From positions 203,034 to 267,033 of the forward strand of contig JAHFKV010000001.1 in NCBI GenBank assembly GCA_023245155.1: a stretch of 64,000 nt of DNA, written 5' to 3'. Source of the DNA: Candidatus Staskawiczbacteria bacterium (GTDB taxonomy: Bacteria > Patescibacteriota > Minisyncoccia > Minisyncoccales > Staskawiczbacteraceae). A program made the position numbers and the translations under genes. The notes beneath the pieces are model-generated. The model was not told the origin of the DNA. It searched no databases and saw nothing but the letters and a program-made list of their open reading frames with translations. Numbering within the stretch: the stretch's first letter is position 1; every line of letters begins with the position of its first letter. This document shows positions 37,415-46,647 of this stretch, one piece after another.

Positions 37415-38026
37415 ATGGATACAAATTTCCATTATTTTGCACCAGGTGAACATGCTGTATATAAAAAGATAAGAAAATTACGGGACTTTTTAGTTCATTT
37501 TTTAGTGAAAATCTTCACGTTGTTAAAAATAACACCCAACATGGTTACGTTGGCCAGCTTTCTTTGTATCTTATTTTTTGTGTATTTTTGCGTGCGTAAT
37601 CCATTAGTCGCTTTATTTTTTCTTGGTTTTCATATGATTCTTGACGGTATCGATGGGCCATTTGCCAGATTGACTAATCGGGCAAATTCTGCGGGGGCAT
37701 TCCTTGATATGCTTAATGACCATACGGGTTTGGTTATTGTGATGGGATCATTGGTATTTTACTCCCTATTAAATCTTGTTATTGGTTTGATATACATATA
37801 TCTTTATTCTTTGCTCGTGATTTTCCTGGTACTGCGCAATATGCTTGGAATACATCCAGCATTCACACTAAGGACCAAACATGTGCCGTATCTTACGTAC
37901 GTTCTATGGGCAGTTACGGCTATAAATATTTTTGATAAGATAATGATAGTATGTATTATTATCACCTTAATTCCGTTGACGGAAAGCTTGCGTGCACTTC
38001 TCCGTTTTTTAAAAGATACAAAATAG
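37415..38026 (+). CDS. CDP-alcohol phosphatidyltransferase family protein
   Basis: 203 aa. Exact DG-x2-AR-x8-G-x3-D-x3-D motif (DGPFARLTNRANSAGAFLDMLND). Multi-pass membrane protein. Confidence 0.8.
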   Translation: MDTNFHYFAPGEHAVYKKIRKLRDFLVHFLVKIFTLLKITPNMVTLASFLCILFFVYFCVRNPLVALFFLGFHMILDGIDGPFARLTNRANSAGAFLDMLNDHTGLVIVMGSLVFYSLLNLVIGLIYIYLYSLLVIFLVLRNMLGIHPAFTLRTKHVPYLTYVLWAVTAINIFDKIMIVCIIITLIPLTESLRALLRFLKDTK

Positions 38027-38029
38027 CAT

Positions 38030-38572
38030 ATGTATAGTATTTACCAAATCATAGGAGTTTTTTGGCTTTTACTTCCAGCTGGTGTTTCCAATATGATGCC
38101 AGTTTTTGTGAAAGGGGTTGACGTTCTTAATTATCCCATTGATCATGGCCTGAAATTTGGTGGTAAAGAACTGCTGGGGCCCAATAAAACATGGCGGGGA
38201 CTTTTCTTCGGGACTATTGCGGGCATTATAGTAGTATATATCCAAGTTTTTCTGTATCCTTATGTCCAAAAATATGCTCTGTTGGATTATTCTGCTATCA
38301 GTCCTTTAGCCATAGGATTTTTACTGGGGTTCGGGGCTTTAGCTGGTGATAGTGTGAAAAGTTTTTTTAAAAGGCGGACGGGCATTCAACCTGGCAAAAC
38401 ATGGTGGGTTTTTGATCAAATAGACTGGATCGTGGGGGCATTTGTTTTTCTTGCACTCTATCATGTGTTCGGATTACACGTGTATGTTACCGGAATAATT
38501 CTGATGGGAATTTTGCACCCGGCAATAAATATAATTGGATATGTGTTAGGAATAAAAAAGAATGTTTTTTAA
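38030..38572 (+). CDS. CDP-archaeol synthase (CarS, DUF46) family CTP-transferase homologue
   Basis: 180 aa. WLLLPAGVSN..PV, PID.G..F.GKELLGPNKTWRG, GALAGDSVKSFFKRR.G, DQIDW, HPAINIIGY. These motifs are co-linear with archaeal CarS (A. fulgidus sequence recalled from memory). Confidence 0.7.
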   Translation: MYSIYQIIGVFWLLLPAGVSNMMPVFVKGVDVLNYPIDHGLKFGGKELLGPNKTWRGLFFGTIAGIIVVYIQVFLYPYVQKYALLDYSAISPLAIGFLLGFGALAGDSVKSFFKRRTGIQPGKTWWVFDQIDWIVGAFVFLALYHVFGLHVYVTGIILMGILHPAINIIGYVLGIKKNVF

Positions 38573-38577
38573 CTTTT

Positions 38578-39312
38578 ATGAAAATTATAACTTGGAATAT
38601 TTATAAAAAGAATAAAAATATCCCTAAAGCAGTGGCTTTTTTGAAAAAACAAAAGGCTGACATTATTTGCCTTCAGGAATTTCCCGATACCCATCTTGAT
38701 TTGATCAGGAACTTCGTGGGTCACGTGGCCATGTGCGAAGAAGTGTGGATTTATAAAGACAATCGCAGGCAGGCAACCAGATTGTACACCGTTATCATTT
38801 CCAAATTCCCCATTAAGCAGCACGTTATTATCCCCCACAAAAACACCTATGGGCACATCAGCCGGTATAAGCATTTCCAGGCTGATTCTTCCTATATTGA
38901 CATTGATGCCCCAGAAGGGTTATTCAGGGTTTTTAACTCGCACTTTAAGTGTGTGACGGGGCCCTTGCATAGGCTTTTTCAGTTTGAAGAAGTGGTTGGC
39001 CACTTAAGCCCCGAGAGACACAATATTATTTGCGGCGATTTCAATACTTTCGGCAAACCGCTGGTGAACATCTTTTTATGGAAACTGTTTGGATACAAAA
39101 CCCATGAAATTGCCATTAATGAGAATAAAAATCTGGCCAAGATGTTGAGCGCCTATGGTTTACAAAATCCGCTGCAGCGGCAGGTTACCTTTTGGAAGTT
39201 TCCCGTTCAGTTAGATTATATTTTGGTGCCCGCGCACGTTGAGGTTAAAAAAAAGCGGGCATTTTCAAGGCCGCATGGGTCAGACCACTTTCCCTTGATG
39301 TTGGAGATATGA
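38578..39312 (+). CDS. Endonuclease/exonuclease/phosphatase (EEP) family protein
   Basis: 244 aa. MKIITWNI, ADIICLQEF, GDFN, GSDHFPL. Confidence 0.8.
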   Translation: MKIITWNIYKKNKNIPKAVAFLKKQKADIICLQEFPDTHLDLIRNFVGHVAMCEEVWIYKDNRRQATRLYTVIISKFPIKQHVIIPHKNTYGHISRYKHFQADSSYIDIDAPEGLFRVFNSHFKCVTGPLHRLFQFEEVVGHLSPERHNIICGDFNTFGKPLVNIFLWKLFGYKTHEIAINENKNLAKMLSAYGLQNPLQRQVTFWKFPVQLDYILVPAHVEVKKKRAFSRPHGSDHFPLMLEI

Positions 39313-39317
39313 TATTG

Positions 39318-39401
39318 TGCCCGAGGTGGGAGTTGAACCCACATGAGATTACTCTCGCGGGATTTTGAGTCCCGTGCGTCTGCCAATTCCGCCACCCGGG
39401 C
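39318..39401 (-). tRNA. tRNA-Leu (anticodon CAA), type II with long variable arm
   Basis: Minus strand reads GCCCGGGTGGCGGAATTGGCAGACGCACGGGACTCAAAATCCCGCGAGAGTAATCTCATGTGGGTTCAACTCCCACCTCGGGCA. Acceptor, anticodon loop CTCAAAA and T-arm GTGGG-TTCAACT-CCCAC all fold. CCA is not encoded. Confidence 0.9.
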
Positions 39402-39435
39402 AAATTGCTAATAATTAGATATTAGCATAAATTGC

Positions 39436-41496
39436 TTATTTTTCAATTTTTGTTTCGCCTTCTCTCTTAAAATCACACTCTTTGCTTGAGCATTTTACTA
39501 AGCCCTTCATGGTTTGTACTAAAATGGATTTGCAGGTTGGGCAGAATTCGTTGATGGGTTTATCCCATGTTGCCATGTCGCAGGCGGGGTATTGGTCACA
39601 TCCATAAAATATTTTGCCGCGCTTGGTTCTTTTGGCGGCCATCTTGCCCTTACCGCATTTTGGGCAGACAATTTCCAGTGTGATGGGTTTGGCACTGCCT
39701 TCAATTTTTACCAAAGATTCGGTGTGTTTGCATTCCGGAAACCCGGTGCAAGCGTAAAACCGGCCAAACCTTCCCAATTTTTCTATCATGGGCTTTTGGC
39801 ACTTTGGGCAAATTTTATCGGTGGCAATATCGGTGTTGGCTTTTTTTACCTCTTCGTATTTTTCTTTTAGATTGGCTTCAAAGGGCACATAAAAATCTTT
39901 GACCGTTTTGCGCCAAGTATCTTTGCCTTCGGCAATTTCGTCTAGCTCTTTTTCCATCTTGGCGGTAAAATCGATGTCTACAATTTGCGGAAAATTTTCG
40001 ATTAATACTTTGTTGACAATGGTGCCCATTTCGGTTGGGTAAAATCGTTTTTGCTCGTTTTTTGCAATGTAGTTTCTGGCTTGCACCGTGCTTAGGGTTG
40101 GAGCGTACGTTGAGGGCCGGCCAATGCCATGTTTTTCCAATGCTTTGATTAAACTCGCTTCGTTGTATCTGGCGGGAGGCTCGGTAAAGTGCTGGCTGGG
40201 TGTGACTGAAACTAATTCAACCGTTTCTTTTTCAGTTAATTTTGGCATTTCTGTCTCTGAAAACTTCATGGGGTAGACTTTCAAAAATCCATCAAACTTT
40301 AAAATTTGGCCGTTGGCGCCAAAAGCATAATTTCCAGCAGAAATTTCTACGGCAGTTGAATCAAATAAAGCGGGCACCATTTGTGATGCTAAAAACCGCT
40401 GCCAGATTAAATTGTACACTTTCCAGCGCGGACCATCTAAATCGGCTTTCAAAGATTCAGGAGTTCTGTCTGCAAAGGTTGGCCTAATAGCTTCGTGGGC
40501 TTCCTGGGCGCCTTTGCCAGCTTTGTAGTGCTTTACATTGGAATAGTTTTCGCCGAAAGATTGGGTGATGAATTTCTTGGCGCCATCCAAAGAAGATTGC
40601 GATAAATTGAGCGAGTCGGTGCGGTGATACGTAATATGCCCTTCTTCATATAATTTTTGGGCCAGCGACATCGTCATTTTGGCCGAGTAGCCAAATTTAT
40701 TGGCGGCGGACTGCTGAAGCGTACTAGTGGTAAATGGAGGTAGGGGATTTTTCTTGGTTTCTTTTTTTTCTACTTTTTCTATGATATATGTTGCATTTTC
40801 TAAGCCTTTTAAAATTTCATCAGCTTCAACTTTAGTTTTTACTTCCAATTTATCAACCGGCTTACCATCTTTTTTAGTTAAATGAGCTTCAAATTCCTTA
40901 TCTGCTTTTTTCAGCAACGCTAACACTTCCCAATATTCAACAGCAATAAATTTTTTAATTTCTTCTTCTTTTTCAACCACTAGTTTTACGGCTACGGACT
41001 GCACTCTTCCGGCCGAAAGTCCTTTGGAAACTTTTTTCCACAAAAATGGGGATAATTTATAGCCCACCAGTCTATCTAAAACCCGGCGCGCCTGCTGGGC
41101 ATTCACCAAATTCATATCAATTTTTCCTGGATGCGCCAACGCTTCATCAATGGCCGTTTTGGTAATTTCGTGAAAAACAATTCGCTTTGGATTTTCTAAA
41201 TTCAGAGCTTGCATTAAGTGCCAGCTAATACTTTCCCCTTCGCGATCTTGGTCGGTGGCTAAAATGGTGTTTTCCGCGGCTTTAGAGGCTTTCTTTAATT
41301 CGGTAATGACTTTTCTAGCTTTGGTAGGAATAACATACTGGGGCTCAAAATCTTTTTCCACATCCACGCCCAATTTTGACTTTGGTAAATCCCGTACATG
41401 CCCAAAAGACGACAATATTTTATACTTCTTGCCACCTAAAAACTTTTGAATGGTCTTCGCCTTAGTTGGGCTTTCTACGATTACGAGATCAGTCAT
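39436..41496 (-). CDS. topA: DNA topoisomerase I
   Basis: 686 aa. TOPRIM LVIVESPTKAKTI, active-site region, and C-terminal C4 zinc ribbons (CPKC...C..FPEC). Confidence 0.95.
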   Translation of the reverse strand: MTDLVIVESPTKAKTIQKFLGGKKYKILSSFGHVRDLPKSKLGVDVEKDFEPQYVIPTKARKVITELKKASKAAENTILATDQDREGESISWHLMQALNLENPKRIVFHEITKTAIDEALAHPGKIDMNLVNAQQARRVLDRLVGYKLSPFLWKKVSKGLSAGRVQSVAVKLVVEKEEEIKKFIAVEYWEVLALLKKADKEFEAHLTKKDGKPVDKLEVKTKVEADEILKGLENATYIIEKVEKKETKKNPLPPFTTSTLQQSAANKFGYSAKMTMSLAQKLYEEGHITYHRTDSLNLSQSSLDGAKKFITQSFGENYSNVKHYKAGKGAQEAHEAIRPTFADRTPESLKADLDGPRWKVYNLIWQRFLASQMVPALFDSTAVEISAGNYAFGANGQILKFDGFLKVYPMKFSETEMPKLTEKETVELVSVTPSQHFTEPPARYNEASLIKALEKHGIGRPSTYAPTLSTVQARNYIAKNEQKRFYPTEMGTIVNKVLIENFPQIVDIDFTAKMEKELDEIAEGKDTWRKTVKDFYVPFEANLKEKYEEVKKANTDIATDKICPKCQKPMIEKLGRFGRFYACTGFPECKHTESLVKIEGSAKPITLEIVCPKCGKGKMAAKRTKRGKIFYGCDQYPACDMATWDKPINEFCPTCKSILVQTMKGLVKCSSKECDFKREGETKIEK

Positions 41497-41503
41497 AAAC
41501 TTT

Positions 41504-42595
41504 TTATGATGTTTTATTATTTTTTAAAATATTATAGTAAATTTTTTCATATTCCTCTGCCATTTTTTTTGCTGTAAATTCTTTTTGAACATGTGCTCTG
41601 CAGTTAAAACTCATTTTTTCGTATTCATCACTGGGCATGGCGGCTATTTTTTTTACCGCCGTTATTATAGCCCCCATATTATCTTTCTCTATAATAAAAC
41701 CAGTTTCTCCATGCTTTATGATTTCTGATACGCTGCCTCGGTCAAAAGTGATTACCGGTTTTCCAGAAGCCATGGCTTCAATAAAAACAAGGCCAAAAGG
41801 TTCTTCCCATTGGATGGGCGAAATTAAAGCAATTGCGTTTTTTAAAAAATCGCTTTTTTCCCTTGGTCCCACTTCTCCTAAAAATTGGATTTGTTGGCCA
41901 TCAATCAGTGGCTTAATTTCTTTTTCAAAATAATCTTTATCACTTGTGGATTTTGCAGCTATTTTTAATGTTACGCCCGCCTCTTTTGCAATAAGGATTG
42001 CTTCCTTAATTCCTTTTTCTGGAGATGTTCTACCTAAAAATGCAAAGTAATTTCCTTTTTCTTTTGAAAATTCATATTTATTTAGATCAATACCATTGTA
42101 AACGTTTCCAATATAATTTAAATCAGACATACCATTCCTTTGGCTGTTTGATATTGAAACATAGTTAGCTTTTTTAAAGTTTTCGTAAATTACTTTACTA
42201 TACTTGTTGTAAAATCCAATAGGGGCGTGAAGTGTAGTTATCATAGGAGGCTTAATGATATCAATAAATGGTACAATCATGGTTCCACAGTGATTGTGTA
42301 CAATATCAACCTCTAAATTATTAAGATACTTTAAAATTCTTCCTGCGCACAGTAAGTTCATTTTTTCTTCCCACTTTTGATCATGGTTTTCTGGATACTG
42401 GCGGAAATTTTGAGGCAGAATCGGTAACAATTCAGCGCTTGTGTTTGAGTTTCCCGTTGCTAAAAGATATACCTTGTGGCCTTTTTTGACCAGTTCCTCA
42501 CTTAGGTTATAGGCTACAAATTCTATCGCACCGAATTTTTCTGGTGGAACAGATTCATATAGCGGAGATATTATCGCTATTTTTAATTTTTTCAT
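41504..42595 (-). CDS. Glycosyltransferase family 4 (GT-B fold)
   Basis: 363 aa. EPFGLVFIEAMASGKPVI signature. AT-rich. Confidence 0.85.
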   Translation of the reverse strand: MKKLKIAIISPLYESVPPEKFGAIEFVAYNLSEELVKKGHKVYLLATGNSNTSAELLPILPQNFRQYPENHDQKWEEKMNLLCAGRILKYLNNLEVDIVHNHCGTMIVPFIDIIKPPMITTLHAPIGFYNKYSKVIYENFKKANYVSISNSQRNGMSDLNYIGNVYNGIDLNKYEFSKEKGNYFAFLGRTSPEKGIKEAILIAKEAGVTLKIAAKSTSDKDYFEKEIKPLIDGQQIQFLGEVGPREKSDFLKNAIALISPIQWEEPFGLVFIEAMASGKPVITFDRGSVSEIIKHGETGFIIEKDNMGAIITAVKKIAAMPSDEYEKMSFNCRAHVQKEFTAKKMAEEYEKIYYNILKNNKTS

Positions 42596-42598
42596 TTT

Positions 42599-43465
42599 TT
42601 AATTTAATGCATATGTGTTTCCCCCTAAGTTTCGTATCTTACCTGAAATTTCCATTAAGGCAAGCGTGGAGCCGACAACGGGCGCGCTTAATTTGGTTTT
42701 TTTAATGATGGCATCAATGTACAAACTTTCTTCTTGGAGGGCGTCAAAAATGAGTTCTTCATCGGCATTTTGGGCGACCGGCGCTTGTTGTAAAACCTTC
42801 TTGGGATCAATATCTAATACATCAAAAATATCCTGCGCGCTTTCGGTTAATGTTGCCCCGGCTTTAATTAATTTGTTGGGCCCTTCGGCGTTTAAGGTGT
42901 AAATCGGTCCGGGAACGGCAAACAATTTCTTTTTTTGTTGGATGGCAAGGTTAGCAGTTACCAGTGTGCCCGATGCCATTTTGGCTTCCACCACTAACAC
43001 CCCCAAACTTAATGCTACCACAATTCGGTTTCTTTCCGGAAAATTTCCAGCGTAACCTGGCGTGCCTTCTATGTATTCCGAAATCAAGCAACCGCCGGTT
43101 TTGACAATTTGCCGGGATAATTCTAAATTCTGTTTTGGGTAAATTGATTTTTCATCCAGCCCCGTGCCAAGCACAGCAATGGTTCGCGTACCTCTTTCCA
43201 CGCACGCTTGATGGGCAAACGTATCAATGCCCGGCGCCATACCTGACACGATTACTAATCTGGCGCCTAATAGTTCTTGGGTAATTTTTATAGTAGCTCG
43301 CTGGCCGTAATCAGAAGGCCTGCGCGTTCCTACAACAGCAAAACACTTTTCTTTATTGGTGGGCAAAATTCCGCGATAATATAATAATTTCGGTGCGCTA
43401 GAAATCTTTTTGAGCAACGCCGGATAGTTTTTGTCAGTGATTTTTATGGATTTGATCAAGTCCAT
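42599..43465 (-). CDS. dprA: DNA processing protein DprA
   Basis: 288 aa. VVGTRRPS.YG, SGMAPGIDT.AH, and a C-terminal winged helix. Confidence 0.9.
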   Translation of the reverse strand: MDLIKSIKITDKNYPALLKKISSAPKLLYYRGILPTNKEKCFAVVGTRRPSDYGQRATIKITQELLGARLVIVSGMAPGIDTFAHQACVERGTRTIAVLGTGLDEKSIYPKQNLELSRQIVKTGGCLISEYIEGTPGYAGNFPERNRIVVALSLGVLVVEAKMASGTLVTANLAIQQKKKLFAVPGPIYTLNAEGPNKLIKAGATLTESAQDIFDVLDIDPKKVLQQAPVAQNADEELIFDALQEESLYIDAIIKKTKLSAPVVGSTLALMEISGKIRNLGGNTYALN

Positions 43466-43485
43466 GGATACATGATAGCATATTT

Positions 43486-45435
43486 TTATGTGCGCAGTTT
43501 TTCCACGGACTCCGCTAACATCTGGCAGTATAAATTCAAGCCAATTTTATTGATTGAACCAGATTGTTCTTTGCCTAAAACGTTTCCCGCGCCACGGAGT
43601 TCTAAATCTTTAATGGCGATTTGATAACCTGCTCCCAATTCTTTGGCTTCACCAAGTGCTCGCAATCTCTCTTTAGCTAGTGGCGGCATATTTTTGGGAT
43701 GGAAAAAATAAGCGTAGCTTTTAATATGGCTCCGACCCACGCGCCCGCGGATTTGGTATGCCTGCGCCAAACCGAGACGGGAGGTGTCTTCTATAATAAT
43801 CGTATTTACGTTTGGCAAATCAATGCCGTTTTCTATAATGGTAGTAGCAACGAGAATATCAGTTTTCTTGGCTGTAAAATTCTCCATACTCTTTAAAATT
43901 TGCTGCTCTGTCATGCGGCCGTGGATGGAAGCAATCTTGGTTTCAGGCAACAATTTTTGCATGCGTTTGACGGTTGTATCAATGCTGGCAACCCGATTGT
44001 GCAAAAAATACACTTGCCCGCCGCGGGCCAGTTCAAATTCAACAGCACTTTTTACCGCTGATTTTTTGTATAAAGAAATGTGGGTATGGATTGCACTGCG
44101 TCCCAATGGGGGTGTTTGCATCAAAGAAATGTTTTTAAAGCTTGAAAGCGCCAAATAAATGGTGCGGGGGATGGGCGTGGCTGAAAGGCTAAGTAAATCC
44201 AGCGCCGGGCGGCCCTGGCGCAATTTTTCTTTTTGTTTTACGCCAAAACGCTGTTCATCATCAAGGATGAGCAGCTGCAAGTTTTTAAATGCAATGTCGT
44301 TAGACAAAATACGATGCGTGCCGATGATAATGTCAACTTTTCCTTCGGAGATTTCTTTGATTACTTTTTTCTGTTCAGCCGCGCTTTGCAGTCTTGAAAG
44401 TTGCCCCACTCTAATGGGCAGTTTGGCAAAGCGGTGTTTAAAATTATTAAAATGCTGATTGGCTAAAATGGTGGTTGGGCAGATGATGGCTGTCTGGTAA
44501 TTATTGCTAGCTGCCAGGAGAGAAGTTCGCATAGCAATTTCTGTTTTTCCAAAACCAACGTCTCCGCACACAATCCTATCCATGGGTCTTTCTTTCTGCA
44601 AATCTGTGGTGATATCTTCTAGGGCTTGCAACTGGTCGGGAGTTTCTTGGTATAAAAAACCGGCCTTGAATTGTTCCAGTAATTCTTTATCAATTTCATA
44701 GGGTCTGCGGGTAATAATTTCTTTTTCAGCGTACAAAGCCAATAATTCTTTAGCTAATTTTTCAACATCTTCTTTGATTTTACGTTTGGTTTTTTGCCAT
44801 ATGCTTGAACCTAAACGAGAAACCGGGGGATCGGTGAATCCCGCATATCGTGATAACTTTCTTTCTAAGCCAACGGGGACATAGAGAATATCTTTTTCTG
44901 CATATTCTAATTTGTAAAAATCTTGGTCGCCAATTCTTTCAATGCCCGCAAACTTAGCCACGCCGTGGTCAAGGTGCACCAAATAATCTCCGGGTTTGAG
45001 ATTTTTAAGATCAGAAAATAATTTCTGCGATTTTAATTTTTTCTGGAGAACCTCTCGAGATTTCTTTTCGCCTTCAACTTTAATATCTAGTTTAGTAATA
45101 TTTTCCAGAGTATTTCCCAGAAAATCCAAACGAATCGCGTTGAGCGTATTGACTGGGAAAATTTCTAAGATTCCTCCTATTTGTGAAAATTCTCCGGGGT
45201 CCTGGACGGTAAACACCTTTTCATACCCCATTTCGTCTAACTTGCGAAGTAGCTGCATGAATTCAACTTTGTGTCCAACCTGTAAAAACACGATGTTATC
45301 CTGAAAAAACTGCTGTTTTTTAGCTGATTGCAGTATTTGCTCTAGATTTTCCTGGAACCAAAAAACCTGCTTTTCTAAAAAGTAGGGGGTGATTGAAGCC
45401 ACCAATAGATGGCGCATGTTATCCGCTTGTTTCAT
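43486..45435 (-). CDS. mfd: Transcription-repair coupling factor, shortened form
   Basis: 649 aa. CarD/TRCF RNAP-interaction domain (GDYLVHLDHGVAKFAGIE), SF2 helicase motifs (GDVGFGKTE, LLILDDEQRFG). No C-terminal D7 domain and only part of the UvrB-homology module. Confidence 0.85.
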   Translation of the reverse strand: MKQADNMRHLLVASITPYFLEKQVFWFQENLEQILQSAKKQQFFQDNIVFLQVGHKVEFMQLLRKLDEMGYEKVFTVQDPGEFSQIGGILEIFPVNTLNAIRLDFLGNTLENITKLDIKVEGEKKSREVLQKKLKSQKLFSDLKNLKPGDYLVHLDHGVAKFAGIERIGDQDFYKLEYAEKDILYVPVGLERKLSRYAGFTDPPVSRLGSSIWQKTKRKIKEDVEKLAKELLALYAEKEIITRRPYEIDKELLEQFKAGFLYQETPDQLQALEDITTDLQKERPMDRIVCGDVGFGKTEIAMRTSLLAASNNYQTAIICPTTILANQHFNNFKHRFAKLPIRVGQLSRLQSAAEQKKVIKEISEGKVDIIIGTHRILSNDIAFKNLQLLILDDEQRFGVKQKEKLRQGRPALDLLSLSATPIPRTIYLALSSFKNISLMQTPPLGRSAIHTHISLYKKSAVKSAVEFELARGGQVYFLHNRVASIDTTVKRMQKLLPETKIASIHGRMTEQQILKSMENFTAKKTDILVATTIIENGIDLPNVNTIIIEDTSRLGLAQAYQIRGRVGRSHIKSYAYFFHPKNMPPLAKERLRALGEAKELGAGYQIAIKDLELRGAGNVLGKEQSGSINKIGLNLYCQMLAESVEKLRT

Positions 45436-45961
45436 TCATAGTGTTTAATGTTTCAGCTATTTGAGGAAACACCGACTGTAGTGTTTCATATTGTTCTGGA
45501 GTAAACTTTTCTAAGACCACATCCTCGGCTTTCTGGGTTGAGTCAACTTCAACGCCAATTTTTATTCTCAAGAATTCTTTCGTGCCCAGAGCAGTAATGA
45601 TAGAGTCCACTCCTTTGTGGCCACCAGCTCCGCTTTCTTGGGTGATTTTTATTTTTCCCAAGGGGACATCAATATCGTCGTGAACAACAACGAGCTTCGC
45701 TTGATTATTTTTCATAACTGCTGCCACGGATTTTCCACTTTCATTCATGAATGTTTGCGGCTTAACTAACATCACATCATCCCTGCCCTGAGCCGTGTCG
45801 AAGGGTTTTTCTGAAACCAAAGCATTATACTTTTTTGAAAGCTCAAACTCGGGGAAATGATTTTCCTTGGCAAAAAAATCTAAGGCTTCAAAACCGGCAT
45901 TGTGGCGCGTTTTATTAAACTTTTCGCCCGGGTTTCCCAAACCAATAATTACCGTTGTCAT
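45419..45961 (-). CDS. pth: Peptidyl-tRNA hydrolase
   Basis: 180 aa from the internal ATG. VIIGLGNPG..F..TRHNAGF, PQTFMNESG, HDD.D.P.G. Confidence 0.9.
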   Translation of the reverse strand: MTTVIIGLGNPGEKFNKTRHNAGFEALDFFAKENHFPEFELSKKYNALVSEKPFDTAQGRDDVMLVKPQTFMNESGKSVAAVMKNNQAKLVVVHDDIDVPLGKIKITQESGAGGHKGVDSIITALGTKEFLRIKIGVEVDSTQKAEDVVLEKFTPEQYETLQSVFPQIAETLNTMNETSG

Positions 45962-46046
45962 GTTACCTACATCATATATGCTTTTGTCAGCATTGACAAT
46001 AATACCTATCTTGCAATCCTGAAAAAAATATGTTACATTACGTGCT

Positions 46047-46646
46047 ATGGATGAGCAATTATCTCCCCAAGTAATCCCTCCCGAGCCAGAGAATATTTTT
46101 AAAAAGTACGCTCTTTTCGGCTGGGAAATCATTAAAATTTTAATTATCGCAGGCATTATTGTGCTGCCCATCCGTTATTTTTTATTCCAACCCTTTATTG
46201 TTAAAGGTGACAGCATGGTGCCGAATTTCCATTCAGGAGATTACCTAATTGTAGATGAGATTTCATATCGGTTGCACACACCCGCCCGCGGAGATGTGGT
46301 AGTGCTCAAATATCCTCTAAATACAACCCAGCGGTTTATCAAGCGTATCATTGGCCTGCCTGGCGAAACCGTTGATGTGAAAAATGGCATAGTTACCGTT
46401 ACCGAAAGCGACGGCAAGGCCATGGTATTGAATGAAAAAGATTATATTCCCGGCTCTTTCACCACCGATGGCACTATACATACCGTGCTCACCGGCGACC
46501 AATATTTTGTGATGGGCGACAACCGGCCTTTTTCTTACGATTCGCGGAGGTGGGGGGTGCTGCCAAAAGAAGATATTATCGGCCGGGCTTTGTTGAGGAT
46601 TTTCCCGTTTTCTCATATTTCATATCTTTCAAATCCAAATTACTAA
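46047..46646 (+). CDS. lepB: Signal peptidase I
   Basis: 199 aa. TM anchor, catalytic GDSMVPN and KRIIGLPGE, GDNRPFSYDSR. Confidence 0.9.
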   Translation: MDEQLSPQVIPPEPENIFKKYALFGWEIIKILIIAGIIVLPIRYFLFQPFIVKGDSMVPNFHSGDYLIVDEISYRLHTPARGDVVVLKYPLNTTQRFIKRIIGLPGETVDVKNGIVTVTESDGKAMVLNEKDYIPGSFTTDGTIHTVLTGDQYFVMGDNRPFSYDSRRWGVLPKEDIIGRALLRIFPFSHISYLSNPNY

Positions 46647-46647
46647 G

